From Antedon mediterranea (lineage: Eukaryota > Animalia > Echinodermata), in the NCBI RefSeq assembly GCF_964355755.1, contig NC_092673.1, positions 15,906,948 to 15,970,947 of the forward strand: a DNA stretch of 64,000 bases, written 5' to 3'. Under the pieces are notes generated by a model. The model was not told the origin of the DNA, ran no database searches, and saw only the letters and a program-made list of their open reading frames with translations. The number at the start of each line of letters is the position of its first letter. The first letter of the stretch is position 1. The position numbers and the translations under genes were made by a program. Shown one piece after another: positions 12,203 to 26,296 of the stretch.

Positions 12203-13588
12203 CAGGGCCGTACACAACACAGGATTTTATTTGGGTGGATGCGGATTAATATATTTTGGACCATTTTCATAATATTGAGTGAAGACGATAAGACCCTATA
12301 AAGTGTGGACCTTTTGCAATTTGGGGGGTGGGGGGGTGTGCGTCATTCCCTCCAACCCCCCGCCCCGCGTGCGATTTTTTTTATCGTACATAAGTTGGGG
12401 ACCCCATCATGAAACGTCACAAAATAAACATGAATAATTCATCAGTTAAATTTTCTTGTTCCGTGTGCACCCAAGCGTATAGCAACAAGAAGTGATTACA
12501 CAAAAGTGCGGTACGATTCTAGGCCTATCTCCGCTGATTTCATAATAGAATAGCGGAGTTTTGTGTGGATTGTCGAAATAATCAGCCTTTAGTTTATGGT
12601 GTTTTTAATATAGTTTATTACTAAAGAATTACGTGTTAAAATTATAGTTTCTATTGATACTATTAGGCCTAATTACTAGTCTCTAAACCCCTGTATATTC
12701 TAGTAGTAGTAGCTGTGTGGGTGTGTGTGACTTGTGTCTTTGGGCTATGTCCAATTACTACTTAGTTTAATGTTTTGCCTAGCTGTCGATTAGCCTCGAC
12801 ATATTTTGCATAGTGGACGTGTGTGTGAAGAAGAGTGCGCGAAGGCAATCACGTGAATTGACCTAGAATCCTAGGCCTATTATTGTAGAAAGAATCGTAT
12901 CGCAGTTGTTGTTCCGTGTGCACCCAAGCGTTCTTGGACATAGCCCAAAGAAAGCTTAGACCCACAAGAATAAAGAATGTGTATAATTTGTGTACTGTAT
13001 TTTTTTAATTCTGCTATCAATTATCAAACAATATGCATGTACTCAAAGGAACTTTAAAAATGCGCGTATATGAACACATGAGATGGGAAGATTTGACCCA
13101 CGAGAATAAAAAATGTATTTTTGTGTAATGTTTATTGTTTAATTTTGCTGACTTATTACTCGGATTGTGTCATACCAAAGATAGTGTAACTATCTTTGGT
13201 CATACCTAACACACACACACGTCACACACATCCACACAGCTACTACTAGAATAGACATGGGTTTAGAGACTAATAATTAGGCCTAATAGTATTAATAGAA
13301 ACTATAATTTTAACACGTAATTCTTTAGTAATAAATTATATTAAAAACACCATAAACTAAAGGCCGATTATTTCGACAATCCACACAAAACGCCGCTATT
13401 CTTCAACAGCGGAGATAGGCCTAGAATCGTACCGCACTTGTGTAATCACTTCTTGTTGCTATACGCTTGGGTGCACACGGAACAAGAAAATTTAACTGAT
13501 GAATTATTCATGTTTATTTTGTGACGTTTCATGAGGGGGTCCCCAACTTATGTACGAAAAAAAAAATCGCACCCCGCGTAGGACCCTG
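12203..13588. mobile_element. Small CAGGG-ended MITE (hAT-like) carrying a foldback insertion
   Basis: cagggccgtac...gtaggaccctg flanked by 7-bp ATATAGT duplication. Confidence 0.65.
12369..13572. mobile_element. Foldback element with about 370-bp terminal inverted repeats
   Basis: 12369-~12740 is nearly the reverse complement of ~13215-13572; CCCGC duplicated at 12364-12368 and 13573-13577. Confidence 0.85.
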
Positions 13589-13962
13589 ATATAGTGACCC
13601 ATGAAACCCAAAAAAAGAGAGCACATCAACCAGATCTAACATGGGATACCACATAAGACTAAATTAAGGTATTGTGAATACCTGTTTTAACACCCACTTA
13701 GCGTATGTGGACTTGTATCAGAATGGATGACACAATTGCAGTAAATGCATAACTAACCAATTAGTTAATGATATGACTAACCAATTAGTTAATGATATGA
13801 CTAGAAACCTACTTAAACAAATTAATTTCAAAAAAATAAAAGTTACAGTTATTTGGCTAAAAAATATAATTTGTTATAAACTAGAAATCTAGCTAGTCAA
13901 CAGTAAAGTAAAAGATTAGGTCTCTTTAGAATACAGTGTGTGGTATTATGTTTGGACACTAA

Positions 13963-14506
13963 GACCCCATTTACACTTACATTTGGGTCCAGGGCCGGTT
14001 GCAAATATTTACCTTTTAGGCCAGCTCAGAGCGTTTACACTAGCGACGCAGATTACTGGTCGAAAATAATTTTATCGGAAGTACCATTGCATGCTGGGAT
14101 ACAAAGTACAGTTTGTTTACATTTTTCTCTCTCGATCGTCAATTCAACTTTCCGGGCGAACCGACCGTTTTATATTTATACTGTATTGTTGTTTTTTGTC
14201 CCGTTAAAAACAAAATGAACCCCACTGTTTTATATATAATATGGCTGTATTTTATGTATGCGAAACAAGAGGACAAATACTTTATTGAAAGAAGTCACAG
14301 ATGAGGATAATGAAGAGGAGGTTCTTTTTACAAAAAAGGTCAAACGTTGTTCACGGTTCACTGCGTAAGCCGGCCCAAAACGTAAAAGCCGCTCCTGAAC
14401 CTACCTGGAGAGGTGGCTCAGATCTGCGTCCGGCCCAGGGCCGGCCTAACTTTTTGGAGTATTTACACTTATCAATTGCCGACCCAGAGCCAGTGTAAAT
14501 GGGGTC
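13963..14506. mobile_element. PIF/Harbinger-type MITE
   Basis: 15-bp TIR GACCCCATTTACACT; TAA TSD. Confidence 0.85.
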
Positions 14507-16842
14507 TAAGAAAACCAAGTTTTTATGGAAAATCTTTATAGCCTAAATACTTCTGGGGAATTAGAAGGTGTTCCACGCAAACTTCAGAAGTTTAGAAGAA
14601 AATAAAGTGCAAAGGCTTTGCCACTATGGCTACTGTATGTCGAAAAAAAACCTTATGACATTTCTTTAAAGAAATTTAATTTCTTAATTGTAGAAACAAA
14701 CCCATTTTGAGTAAGAAATAGAAAAATGTGAAACTAGAGAAATAAAAGAGGATAAATTATGTTTTTTTAAAATTTTTCTGTATATAACATACTCAATTTT
14801 TGACAATTTCATAGCTAAAACAATTTTTATCAGAGATTTTTCTTATGAAAAAAAGTAATTGTTCAGTAGGAGTTGATCAGGAATTGTGTTTCATTTCAGA
14901 ATCCTTTTAGCCATGTTTGTTTTTGTACTTGAGAAAAATGTTATGCAGATTGTCAACAAGCTTACATTGAGAAAAACAAGGGACCTGATTATTATCAATG
15001 ACCGTTGTGTGATTGTGTTTGCCTGTTGCCCCTAGATACAGCCAAACAAATCTTATCAAAATCATTATCGTCAGTTTAATATTAACTTTGTATTTAAACA
15101 AAAGATAAAGTAAAATCATCTGATTGTTTGAAACATGTATAAAGGTTATAGAAATGTTTGGTTATTACTTTATGATCTATTTATTAATAGACTAAAATGC
15201 ACTGCTTCTCAGCAGGGCTGTTAGTCAGGGTATTTGTGTGTGGTATTGTACTACCTTACTTTATGATCCATTTATTAATAGACTAAAATGCACTGCTTCC
15301 CCAGGGCTGTTAGTCAGGGTATTTGTGTGGGGTATTGTACTACCTTACTTTATGATCCATTTATTAATAGCCTAAAATGCACTGCTTCCCCAGGGCTGAA
15401 GTCAGGGTATTTGTGTCGTGTATTGTACTACCTTACTTTATGATCCATTTATTAATAGACTAAAATGCACTGCTTCCCCAGGGCTGTTAGTCAGGGTATT
15501 TGTGTGGGGTATTGTACTACCTTACTTTATGATCCATTTATTAATAGACTAAAATGCACTGCTTCCCCAGGGCTGTTAGTCAGGGTATTTGTGTGGGGTA
15601 TTGTACTACCTTACTTTATGATCCATTTATTAATAGACTAAAATGCACTGCTTCCCCAGGGCTGTTAGTCAGGGTATTTGTGTGGGGTATTGTACTACCT
15701 CACTTTATGATCCATTTATTAATAGACTAAAATGCACTGCTTCCCCAGGGCTGTTAGTCAGGGTATTTGTGTGGGGTATTGTACTACCTTACTTTATGAT
15801 CCATTTATTAATAGACTAAAATGCACTGCTTCCCCAGGGCTGTTAGTCAGGGTATTTGTGTGGGGTGTTGTACTACCTTACTTTATGATCCATTTATTAA
15901 TAGACATGCACTGCTTCCCCAGGGCTGTTAGTCAGGGTATTTGTGTGGGGTATAGTACTACCTTACTTTATGATCCATTTATTAATAGACTAAAATGCAC
16001 TGCTTCCTCAGGGCTGTTAGTCAGGGTATTTGTGTGGGGTATTGTACTACCTTACTTTATGATCCATTTATTAATAGACTAAAATGCACTGCTTCCCCAG
16101 GGCTGTTAGTCAGGGTATTTGTGTGAGGTATTGTACTACCTTACTTTATGATCCATTTATTAATAGACTAAAATGCACTGCTTCCCCAGGGCTGTTAGTC
16201 AGGGTATTTGTGTGGGGTATTGTACTACCTTACTTTATGATCCATTTATTAATAGACTAAAATGCACTGCTTCCCCAGGGCTGTTAGACAGGGTATTTGT
16301 GTGGGGTATTGTACTACCTTACTTTATGATCCATTTATTAATAGACTAAAATGCACTGCTTCCCCAGGACTGTTAGTCAGGGTATTTGTGTGGGGTATTG
16401 TACTACCTTACTTTATGATCCATTTATTAATAGACTAAAATGCACTGTTTCCCCAGGGCTGTTAGTCAGGGTATTTGTGTGGGGTATTGTACTACCTTAC
16501 TTTATGATCCATTTATTAATAGACTAAAATGCACTTCTTCCCCAGGGCTGTTAGTCAGGGTATTTGTGTGGGGTATTGTACTACCTTACTTTATGATCCA
16601 TTTATTAATAGACTAAAATGCACTGCTTCCCCAGGGCTGTTAGTCAGGGTATTTGTGTGGGGTATTGTACTACCTTACTTTATGATCCATTTATTAATAG
16701 ACTAAAATGCACTTCTTCCCCAGGGCTGTTAGTCAGGGTATTTGTGTGGGGTATTGTACTACCTTACTTTATGGTCCATTTATTAATAGACTAAAATGCA
16801 CTGCTTCCCAGCAGGGCTGTTATTCAGGGTATTTGTTTGGGG

Positions 16843-19496
16843 CAGGGGTGGCGCTAGGATCTTCCCGACGCGGGGGCTACATTCCCCGACGAGGGGGCTA
16901 TGCGAGCGAAGCGAGCATCACTAGGCTGGGGGCCAGGGGGCCGCCAAGGGCCCCCGGTGGGGGTCCAGATGGCGAAGCCCCCGGAAGCAACGCGTTCTAG
17001 CGTCATTTGAGGTCATTTTAATTAGATTTAGGGTAGCCATTTTTTCCATTTTTTATAATGCATAAATAAAATACTGCGTGCAAAAAAACGATGCGCGATG
17101 ACTGTTTCAATCCATATTTTTCAATTTAAAAAACAAAAGTTCAAAGAAAATTTAGAAAAATAGAGTTGGAGGTCCCCGGAAATTGGACTTATTATACTTC
17201 AAAACATGAAACAAAATATATAAGTCCCTATCATGGTTGTGACTGAGCTAAGAAATGTTTGAAAAATAGAGATGTTAGGTCCCGGAAAATGCACTTCTTG
17301 TACTTCGAAATATGACCAGCTTTATTGTTGGGGCTGAGCTAAGAAACTGTTTAAAACTAGAGCTGCAGGTCTTCAAAAAATTGCATTTCATACTTTGGAA
17401 ACATCAGGCCTAGAGGCTTAAAAAACGCAAGCGTAGACCTTTTTCAGTCGGGGAAATAAGTTTATTCCTCCCAAGTGTATGCATGCGTACCATCTGGACT
17501 TCCGAGTGGTGAGAAATTCATGACATACAGGACATTGAAAATGTAATAACTTAGCTATAATAAGATGTTGGCTAAGCGAAAATGGCATGTTTTTTTGTTT
17601 ATTAATGGATGAAAAATTTATTTTAGGTGCCCCACGGTACAGAGAAGGTTACTTGTAAATTAAAAAATTGGTGAACATACGAACAATTAACATAATTCGT
17701 TTTTGCTGCTGTAGTGTAGCGTACGTCGACGCAGTACACGACGTAACCGTCAGTAAACTTCGCCTGGAAAATAACTATCAGTACACATTTTGGTCCCTGG
17801 ATGGAACATGATATCACGCGTCTCGACCCAACGTTGAACTATTCGTACAAAGGGATACCGACAGACAAGTGCGAACCTAGCTATTGTTTAGTAGTAGGTT
17901 AGATCGCTGGCAATAATGAATGCATAAAAGTGCATAATATCACTCTGACGTACTCTCACGGTCAATGAAACGTCGCGGTTTTCTAGGCGCTGAAGCTAGC
18001 TACGAAGTGAACGCGAACGCTTTTTACTGTATATTATATTCCCCGACAAAAAGTACCGTACCCGTGTTCCCTTCGGTAACCGCCGGTAAACTTCGCCTGG
18101 AAAATAACTACATTACACATTTTGGTTCCTGGATGGAACTTGATACCACGCGTGTCGACCCAACGTTGAACGATTCGTACAAAGGGATACCGCCAGACAA
18201 GTGCGTACAGGCCCGTAGCCAGGGGGGGTTTTTATGGTTCGGGCGAACCCCCCCTTTACAGCGAACCCCCCTTAACCAACTGCGAACCCCCATCCCCGAC
18301 ATGCCCAATACCTCACCCTCATCTCCAAAAATCCTCCAAATACGTGCCCCACAGTACAAAAAGTTGTTTGTAAATTGAAAAATTCGTAAACTTGTTCGTG
18401 AACCTTCTTCTCTGTATGAGCGTCAACTAGTGATACGTGTCTGTAAATTTCTAAAAGCTGCAAATGAATTGCCGATTTTAACCTGAAAAATAAATGTTTG
18501 GTCCCTGCATGTAACATGATATTGACGCGTCTCATAGCGAGCTGGCGTACGAACGATTCGTACAAAGGACACCGCCAGACAACTGCGTACCTATAATTGT
18601 TTAGATCACTGGCAGTCAGGCAGCATGCATAAAGTATATAGCCTTCCGACGTACATCAGTATTTATGTGTGACTATGAAGTATAATGTATCATAGAGGAT
18701 TATAGTGAATATTAATAGTTTACACTATTCCTATAATATCTATGGTATCAAGTACTGTAGTTCACATTATGGCATCAAATGTATCAATATCACCTATTTA
18801 CATATTTATATTCCTCAACAAATTGCTGTAAATAAATATTATAGATAGAGCTAGCAAATAGCATTTGCCTTCACCCAGTGTGCTTTTTTCGGAGCTGCTC
18901 CTAGATATACGTTCGCATTGAACTTGAACGCAAAACAAAATACGGAGTAAATGATCAAACAATCGGCGGTTCCGCACAGAGCACGCGCATCTAACATACG
19001 GCAACAAATAGTTATCGTCATTTAAATTATCGACGTGTTTGGAAGGAGGAAAAAAGTACGATCTTTTTGCTCATTGGTTATATAGCATGCTGCACGAGAG
19101 TGTCTTTTCTGGGCATCTAGGGGTGTCATTTAACAAAATTCGCTTCGCATCAGGGAGGGAGAGGGGGGGGGGGGTTTACCCAAATATTTAGTGTCCGAAC
19201 CCCCCCTTGACAGATCCTGGCTACGGCCCTGGCGTACCTAGCTAATGTTTAGTAGTAAGTTAGATGCTGGCAATAAATGAATGCATAAAAGTGCATAATA
19301 GCCCTCTGACGTACTCTCACGGTCAATGGAACGTCGTGGTTTTCTAGGCGCTGAAGCTATATGAAGTGAACGCGAACATTTTTTACTGTATATTATATTC
19401 CCCGACAAAAAGTACCCGTGTTCCCCGACGGGGGGGGCTAGGCTCCCCGACGAGGAGGCTAGAGCCCCCGTAGCCCCCCCGCTGGCGCCACCACTG
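16843..19496. mobile_element. hAT-like non-autonomous element inserted in the satellite
   Basis: TIR CAG(G/T)GGTGGCGC; 8-bp TSD GTTTGGGG; subterminal ccccgacg/gggggcta repeats. Confidence 0.88.
18208..19231. mobile_element. Nested CAGG-ended MITE with 5-bp TSD
   Basis: TIR CAGG(C/G)CCGTAGCCAGG; GCGTA duplicated; the paralogous empty site is at about 17865; subterminal cgaacccc repeats. Confidence 0.85.
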
Positions 19497-22400
19497 GTTT
19501 GGGGTATTGTATTACCTTACTTTATGATCCATTTATTAATAGACTAAAATGCACTGCTTCCCCAGGGCTGTTAGTCAGGGTATTTGTGTGGGGTATTGTA
19601 CTACCTTACTTTATGATCCATTTATTAATAGACTAAAATGCACTGCTTCCCCAAAGCTGAAGTCAGGGTATTTGTGTCGTGTATTGTACTACCTTACTTT
19701 ATGATCCATTTATTAATAGACTAAAATGCACTGCTTCCCCAGGGCTGTTAGTCAGGGTATTTGTGTGGGGTATTGTACTACCTTACTTTATGATCCATTT
19801 ATTAATAGACTAAAATGCACTGCTTCCCCAGGGCTGTTAGTCAGGGTATTTGTGTGGGGTATTGTACTACCTTACTTTATGATCCATTTATTAATAGACT
19901 AAAATGCACTGCTTCCCCAGGGCTGTTAGTCAGGCTATTTGTGTGGGGTATTGTACTACCTCACTTTATGATCCATTTATTAATAGACTAAAATGCACTG
20001 CTTCCCCAGGGCTGTTAGTCAGGGTATTTGTGTGGGGTATAGTACTACCTTACTTTATGATCCATTTATTAATAGACTAGAATGCACTGCTTCCCCAGGG
20101 CTGTTAGTCAGGGTATTTGTGTGGGGTATTGTACTACCTTACTTTATGATCCATTAATAGACTAAAATGCACTGCTTCCCCAGGGCTGTTAGTCAGGGTA
20201 TTTGTGTGGGGTATTGTACTACCTTACTTTATGATCCATTTATTAATAGACTAAAATGCACTGCTTCCCCAGGGCTGTTAGTCAGGGTATTTGTGTGGGG
20301 TATTGTACTACCTTACTTTATGATCCATTTATTAATAGACTAAAATGCACTGTTTCCCCAGGGCTGTTAGTCAGGGTATTTGTGTGGGGTATTGTACTAC
20401 CTTACTTTATGATCCATTTATTAATAGACTAAAATGCACTGTTTCCCCAGGGCTGTTAGTCAGGGTATTTGTGTGTGGTATTGTACTACCTTACTTTATG
20501 ATCCATTTATTAATAGACTAAAATGCACTGCTTCCCCAGGGCTGTTAGTCAGGGTATTTGTGTGGGGTATTGTACTACCTTACTTTATGATCCATTTATT
20601 AATAGACTAAAATGCACTGTTTCCCCAGGGCTGTTAGTCAGGGTATTTGTGTCGTGTATTGTACTACCTTACTTTATGATCCATTTATTAATAGACTAAA
20701 ATGCACTGTTTCCCCAGGGCTGTTAATCAGGGTATTTGTGTGGGGTATTGTACTACCTTACTTTATGATCCATTTATTAATAGACTAAAATGCACTGCTT
20801 CCCCAGGGCTGTTAGTCAGGGTATTTGTGTGGGGTATTGTACTACCGTACTTTATGATCCATTTATTAATAGACTAAAATGCACTGCTTCCCCAGGGCTG
20901 TTAGTCAGGGTATTTGTGTGGGGTATAGTACTACCTTACTTTATGATCCATTTATTAATAGACTAGAATGCACTGCTTCCCCAGGGCTGTTAGTCAGGGT
21001 ATTTGTGTGGGGTATTGTACTACCTTACTTTATGATCCATTTATTAATAGACTAAAATGCACTGCTTCCCCAGGGCTGTTAGTCAGGGTATTTGTGTGGG
21101 GTATTGTACCACCTTACTTTATGATCCATTTATTAATAGACTAAAATGCACTGCTTCCCCAGGGCTGTTAGTCAGGGTATTTGTGTGGGGTATTGTACTA
21201 CCTTACTTTATGATCCATTTATTAATAGACTAAAATGCACTGCTTCCCCAGGGCTGTTAGTCAGGGTATTTGTGTGGGGTATTGTACTACCTTACTTTAT
21301 GATCCATTTATTAATAGACTAAAATGCACTGCTTCCCCAGGGCTGTTAGTCAGGGTATTTGTGTGGGGTATTGTACTACCTTACTTTATGATCCATTTAT
21401 TAATAGACTAAAATGCACTGCTTCCCCAGGGCTGTTAGTCAGGGTATTTGTGTGGGGTATTGTACTACCTTACTTTATGATCCATTTATTAATAGACTAA
21501 AATGCACTGCTTCCCCAGGGCTGTTAGTCAGGGTATTTGTGTGGGGTATTGTACTACCTTACTTTATGATCCATTTATTAATAGACTAAAATGCACTGCT
21601 TCCTCAGGGCTGTTAGTCAGGGTATTTGTGTGGGGTATTGTACTACCTTACTTTATGATCCATTTATTAATAGACTAAAATGCACTGTTTCCCCAGGGCT
21701 GTTAGTCAGGGTATTTGTGTGGGATAATGTACTACCTTACTTTATGATCCATTTATTAATAGACTAAAATGCACTGCTTCCCCAGGGCTGTTAGTCAGGG
21801 TATTTGTGTGGGGTATTGTACTACCTTACTTTATGATCCATTTATTAATAGACTAAAATGCACTGCTTCCCCAGGGCTGTTAGTCAGGGTATTTGTGTGG
21901 GGTATTGTACTACCTTACTTTATGATCCATTTATTAATAGACTAAAATGCACTGTTTCCCCAGGGCTGTTAGTCAGGGTATTTGTGTGGGGTATTGTACT
22001 ACCTCACTTTATGATCCATTTATTAATAGACTAAAATGCACTGCTTCCCCAGGGCTGTTAGTCAGGGTATTTGTGTGGGGTATAGTACTACCTTACTTTA
22101 TGATCCATTTATTAATAGACTAAAATGCACTGCTTCCCCAGGGCTGTTAGTCAAGGTATTTGTGTGGGGTATTGTACTACCTTACTTTATGATCCATTTA
22201 TTAATAGACTAAAATGCACTGCTTCCCCAGGGCTGTTAGACAGGGTATTTGTGTGGGGTATTGTACTACCTTACTTTATGATCCATTTATTAATAGACTA
22301 AAATGCACTGCTTCCCCAGGGCTGTTAGACAGGGTATTTGTGTGGGGTATTGTACTACCTTACTTTATGATCCATTTATTAATAGACTAAAATGCACTGC

Positions 22401-25400
22401 TTCCCCAGGGCTGTTAGTCAGGGTATTTGTGTGGGGTATTGTACTACCTTACTTTATGATCCATTTATTAATAGACTAAAATGCACTGCTTCCCCAGGGC
22501 TGTTAGTCAGGGTATTTGTGTGGGGTATTGTACTACCTTACTTTATGATCCATTTATTAATAGACTAAAATGCACTGCTTCCCCAGGGCTGTTAGTCAGG
22601 GTATTTGTGTGGGGTATTGTACTACCTTACTTTATGATCCATTTATTAATAGACTAAAATGCACTGCTTCCCCAGGGCTGTTAGTCAGGGTATTTGTGTG
22701 GGGTATTGTACTACCTCACTTTATGATCCATTTATTAATAGACTAAAATGCACTGCTTCCCCAGGGCTGTTAGTCAGGGTATTTGTGTGGGGTATTGTAC
22801 TACCTTACTTTATGATCCATTTATTAATAGACTAAAATGCACTGCTTCCCCAGGGCTGTTAGTCAGGGTATTTGTGTGGGGTATTGTACTACCTTACTTT
22901 ATGATCCATTTATTAATAGACTAAAATGCACTGCTTCCCCAGGGCTGTTAGTCAGGGTATTTGTGTGGGGTATTGTACTACCTTACTTTATGATCCATTT
23001 ATTAATAGACTAAAATGCACTGCTTCCCCAGGGCTGTTAGTCAGGGTGTTTGTGTGGGATATTGTACTACCTTACTTTATGATCCATTTATTAATAGACT
23101 AAAATGCACTGCTTCCCCAGGGCTGTTAGACAGGGTATTTGTGTGGGGTATTGTACTACCTTACTTTATGATCCATTTATTAATAGACTAAAATGCACTG
23201 CTTCCCCAGGGCTGTTAGTCAGGGTATTTGTGTGGGGTATTGTACTACCTCACTTTATGATCCATTTATTAATAGACTAAAATGCACTGCTTCCCCAGGG
23301 CTGTTAGTCAGGGTATTTGTGTGGGGTATAGTACTACCTTACTTTATGATCCATTTATTAATAGACTAGAATGCACTGCTTCCCCAGGGCTGTTAGTCAG
23401 GGTATTTGTGTGGGGTATTGTACTACCTTACTTTATGATCCATTAATAGACTAAAATGCACTGCTTCCCCAGGGCTGTTAGTCAGGGTATTTGTGTGAGG
23501 TATTGTACTACCTTACTTTATGATCCATTTATTAATAGACTAAAATGCACTGCTTCCCCAGGGCTGTTAGTCAGGGTATTTGTGTGGGGTATTGTACTAC
23601 CTTACTTTATGATCCATTTATTAATAGACTAAAATGCACTGCTTCCCCAGGGCTGTTAGTCAGGGTATTTGTGTGGGGTATTGTACTACCTTACTTTATG
23701 ATCCATTTATTAATAGACTAAAATGCACTGCTTCCCCAGGGCTGTTAGTCAGGGTATTTGTGTGGGGTATTGTACTACCTTACTTTATGATCCATTTATT
23801 AATAGACTAAAATGCACTGCTTCCCCAGGGCTGTTAGTCAGGGTATTTGTGTGGGGTATTGTACTACCTTACTTTATGATCCATTTATTAATAGACTAAA
23901 ATGCACTGCTTCCCCAGGGCTGTTAGTCAGGGTATTTGTGTGGGGTATTGTACTACCTTACTTTATGATCCATTTATTAATAGACTAAAATGCACTGCTT
24001 CCCCAGGGCTGTTAGACAGGGTATTTGTGTGGGGTATTGTACTACCTTACTTTATGATCCATTTATTAATAGACTAAAATGCACTGTTTCCCCAGGGCTG
24101 TTAGTCAGGGTATTTGTGTGGGGTATTGTACTACCTTACTTTATGATCCATTTATTAATAGACTAAAATGCACTGCTTCCCCAGGGCTGTTAGTCAGGGT
24201 ATTTGTGTGGGGTATTGTACTACCTTACTTTATGATCCATTTATTAATAGACTAAAATGCACTGCTTCCCCAGGGCTGTTAGTCAGGGTATTTGTGTGGG
24301 GTATTGTACTACCTTACTTTATGATCCATTTATTAATAGACTAAAATGCACTGCTTCCCCAGGGCTGTTAGTCAGGGTATTTGTGTGGGGTATTGTACTA
24401 CCTTACTTTATGATCCATTTATTAATAGACTAAAATGCACTGCTTCCCCAGGGCTGTTAGTCAGGGTATTTGTGTGGGGTATTGTACTACCTTACTTTAT
24501 GATCCATTTATTAATAGACTAAAATGCACTGTTTCCCCAGGGCTGTTAGTCAGGGTATTTGTGTGGGGTATTGTACTACCTTACTTTATGATCCATTTAT
24601 TAATAGACTAAAATGCACTGCTTCCCCAGGGCTGTTAGTCAGGGTATTTGTGTGGGGTATTGTACTACCTTACTTTATGATCCATTTATTAATAGACTAA
24701 AATACACTGCTTCCCCAGGGCTGTTAGTCAGGGTATTTGTGTGTGGTATAATACGGTAGTTTAGTTCTGTAGTCTATAATGCTTTATATTTCACATGACA
24801 GAAGATTGTAAAAATCTGTTGAATCAGTAAGTTTGTCTAACCTGCATAACATAATGCCACACTCATGTTGGTAGAAATACACCAGGAGTAGATCCAGGAT
24901 TTAGAGGGGAGGGCTAATAATAGACTGTGGAAAGAAGCCTAGGCCCCATGTTTCTAATCAAAATTTTAAAATGTCCTCTTTCGCCATGCTTTTATAAAGT
25001 CTCCCACCATTTAATTTTTATGATTTCAGACCTCCACATACTAAAATGGCGGTGCGAAATAACACTTTTGGTTTTTAATAATAAATGAACAATAAATGAT
25101 ATCATTATTGAATAAAGAATTGTTTATCTCGTAATAACTATATTTAATTCAAAATAAAGTTCTGTTATTATTATTGTAATATCCATTTTTTTTTATCCAT
25201 AATTGTTATTTTAAAATATTTTGTATAAAGCTGGTAGACTGCTCACAATAAAATACAGACAGTACTTTTTGTTTCATTATGCAAAATATGATTTTTTTTA
25301 AATTAATAATTTATAATTAGGTGATACATTTAATATCTATAGCTTCTAGTGCATTCTCCATACAAAACCAATTTCTGATAAATAAAATGAATGTGATGTG

Positions 25401-26130
25401 AAGTAGGATTGGCTTTCCCATGGATATCTTTTTCCTTCTTGATATACCTGAGTACCAATAATTAACCAGTATATAGGCCAATAAATAATATTATCAATAA
25501 TATTATCACAACATAAAATGGCATAGTAGGCCTCTATTAACCAAACACAGCCTCATAATTAGCCTTAATATAAATTGTTTTTTATACCTAAACAATTCCT
25601 GGTAATCAAAATACACATTATTATCCTAAAGCACAAAATATTATTAACAAATATATCCATGACACTTTATTAATTTTATTTAATCAGCAAAGCATCTACT
25701 ATGAATTAAAAATATACATAGTTATGTGATGTTTTGTTCCAAAATAAATAAATCTTATAGTGTACAGTACAAGCGCAAGCAAGTACTTCTGTACACTTTG
25801 CACATCAATAATTCACCATCAATGCAATTACATTTTTAAAAATATAAGAAAACGTATTTTGTTGCTCCTAATCTATACTTTACATGCATTAATGGAGATA
25901 ATTTTGACACAATTTGATTTGTATATCACATGACTTTTAAGTTTAACCCAATGTTGTAACTCTTTATATATGGCTCTGGCTCCGCTCATAATTCATTCGT
26001 TTACATTGCTCGAATAGGAATTATGATATCTTCCTAACACTATCTTGTTTATATTAAGTTTGCAAACGATAGATAGGTAAACAAGACTTATATTTTCTAT
26101 TATAGGCTAGCATGCAAGACTGATTAGGAA

Positions 26131-26296
26131 GTCATGTGACGCACAGAAGCAGTGACAATTATAAACACCCTATAGTCAAGTAGCGTCTGTTGATGTAGAG
26201 TTGTTCAGTCGGACTGATTTACCAGTGGATGGAGGATTGTTTCCAGGGTAGGGTACCAACAATTCTGTTGTTCAGATTCAGTTGTAGTGTGAGTTT
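26131..26296 (+). promoter_or_regulatory. Candidate promoter and non-coding first exon of the ankyrin gene
   Basis: E-box gtcatgtgac (26131), tataaa (about 26160), and a gtgagt donor-like site at about 26288. Inference only. Confidence 0.3.

Larger units (their letters stand above)
15165..24750 (+). repeat. 89-bp satellite array (roughly 78 copies), interrupted at 16843-19496
   Basis: Near-identical unit ttactttatgatccatttattaatagactaaaatgcactgcttccccagggctgttagtcagggtatttgtgtggggtattgtactacc; no spacers. Confidence 0.97.

Noticed and set aside
17965-18565. ORFs inside the hAT-like element as transposase
   Set aside because: They cross the nested insertion junction and show no transposase motifs.
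15165-24750. CRISPR-like array, or coding ORFs at 15732 and 16707
   Set aside because: Head-to-tail identical monomers with no unique spacers, no cas genes, eukaryotic context. The ORFs are translations of the repeat.
24883-24960. Possible MITE end (caggagtagatccagga...)
   Set aside because: No matching second TIR or TSD found.
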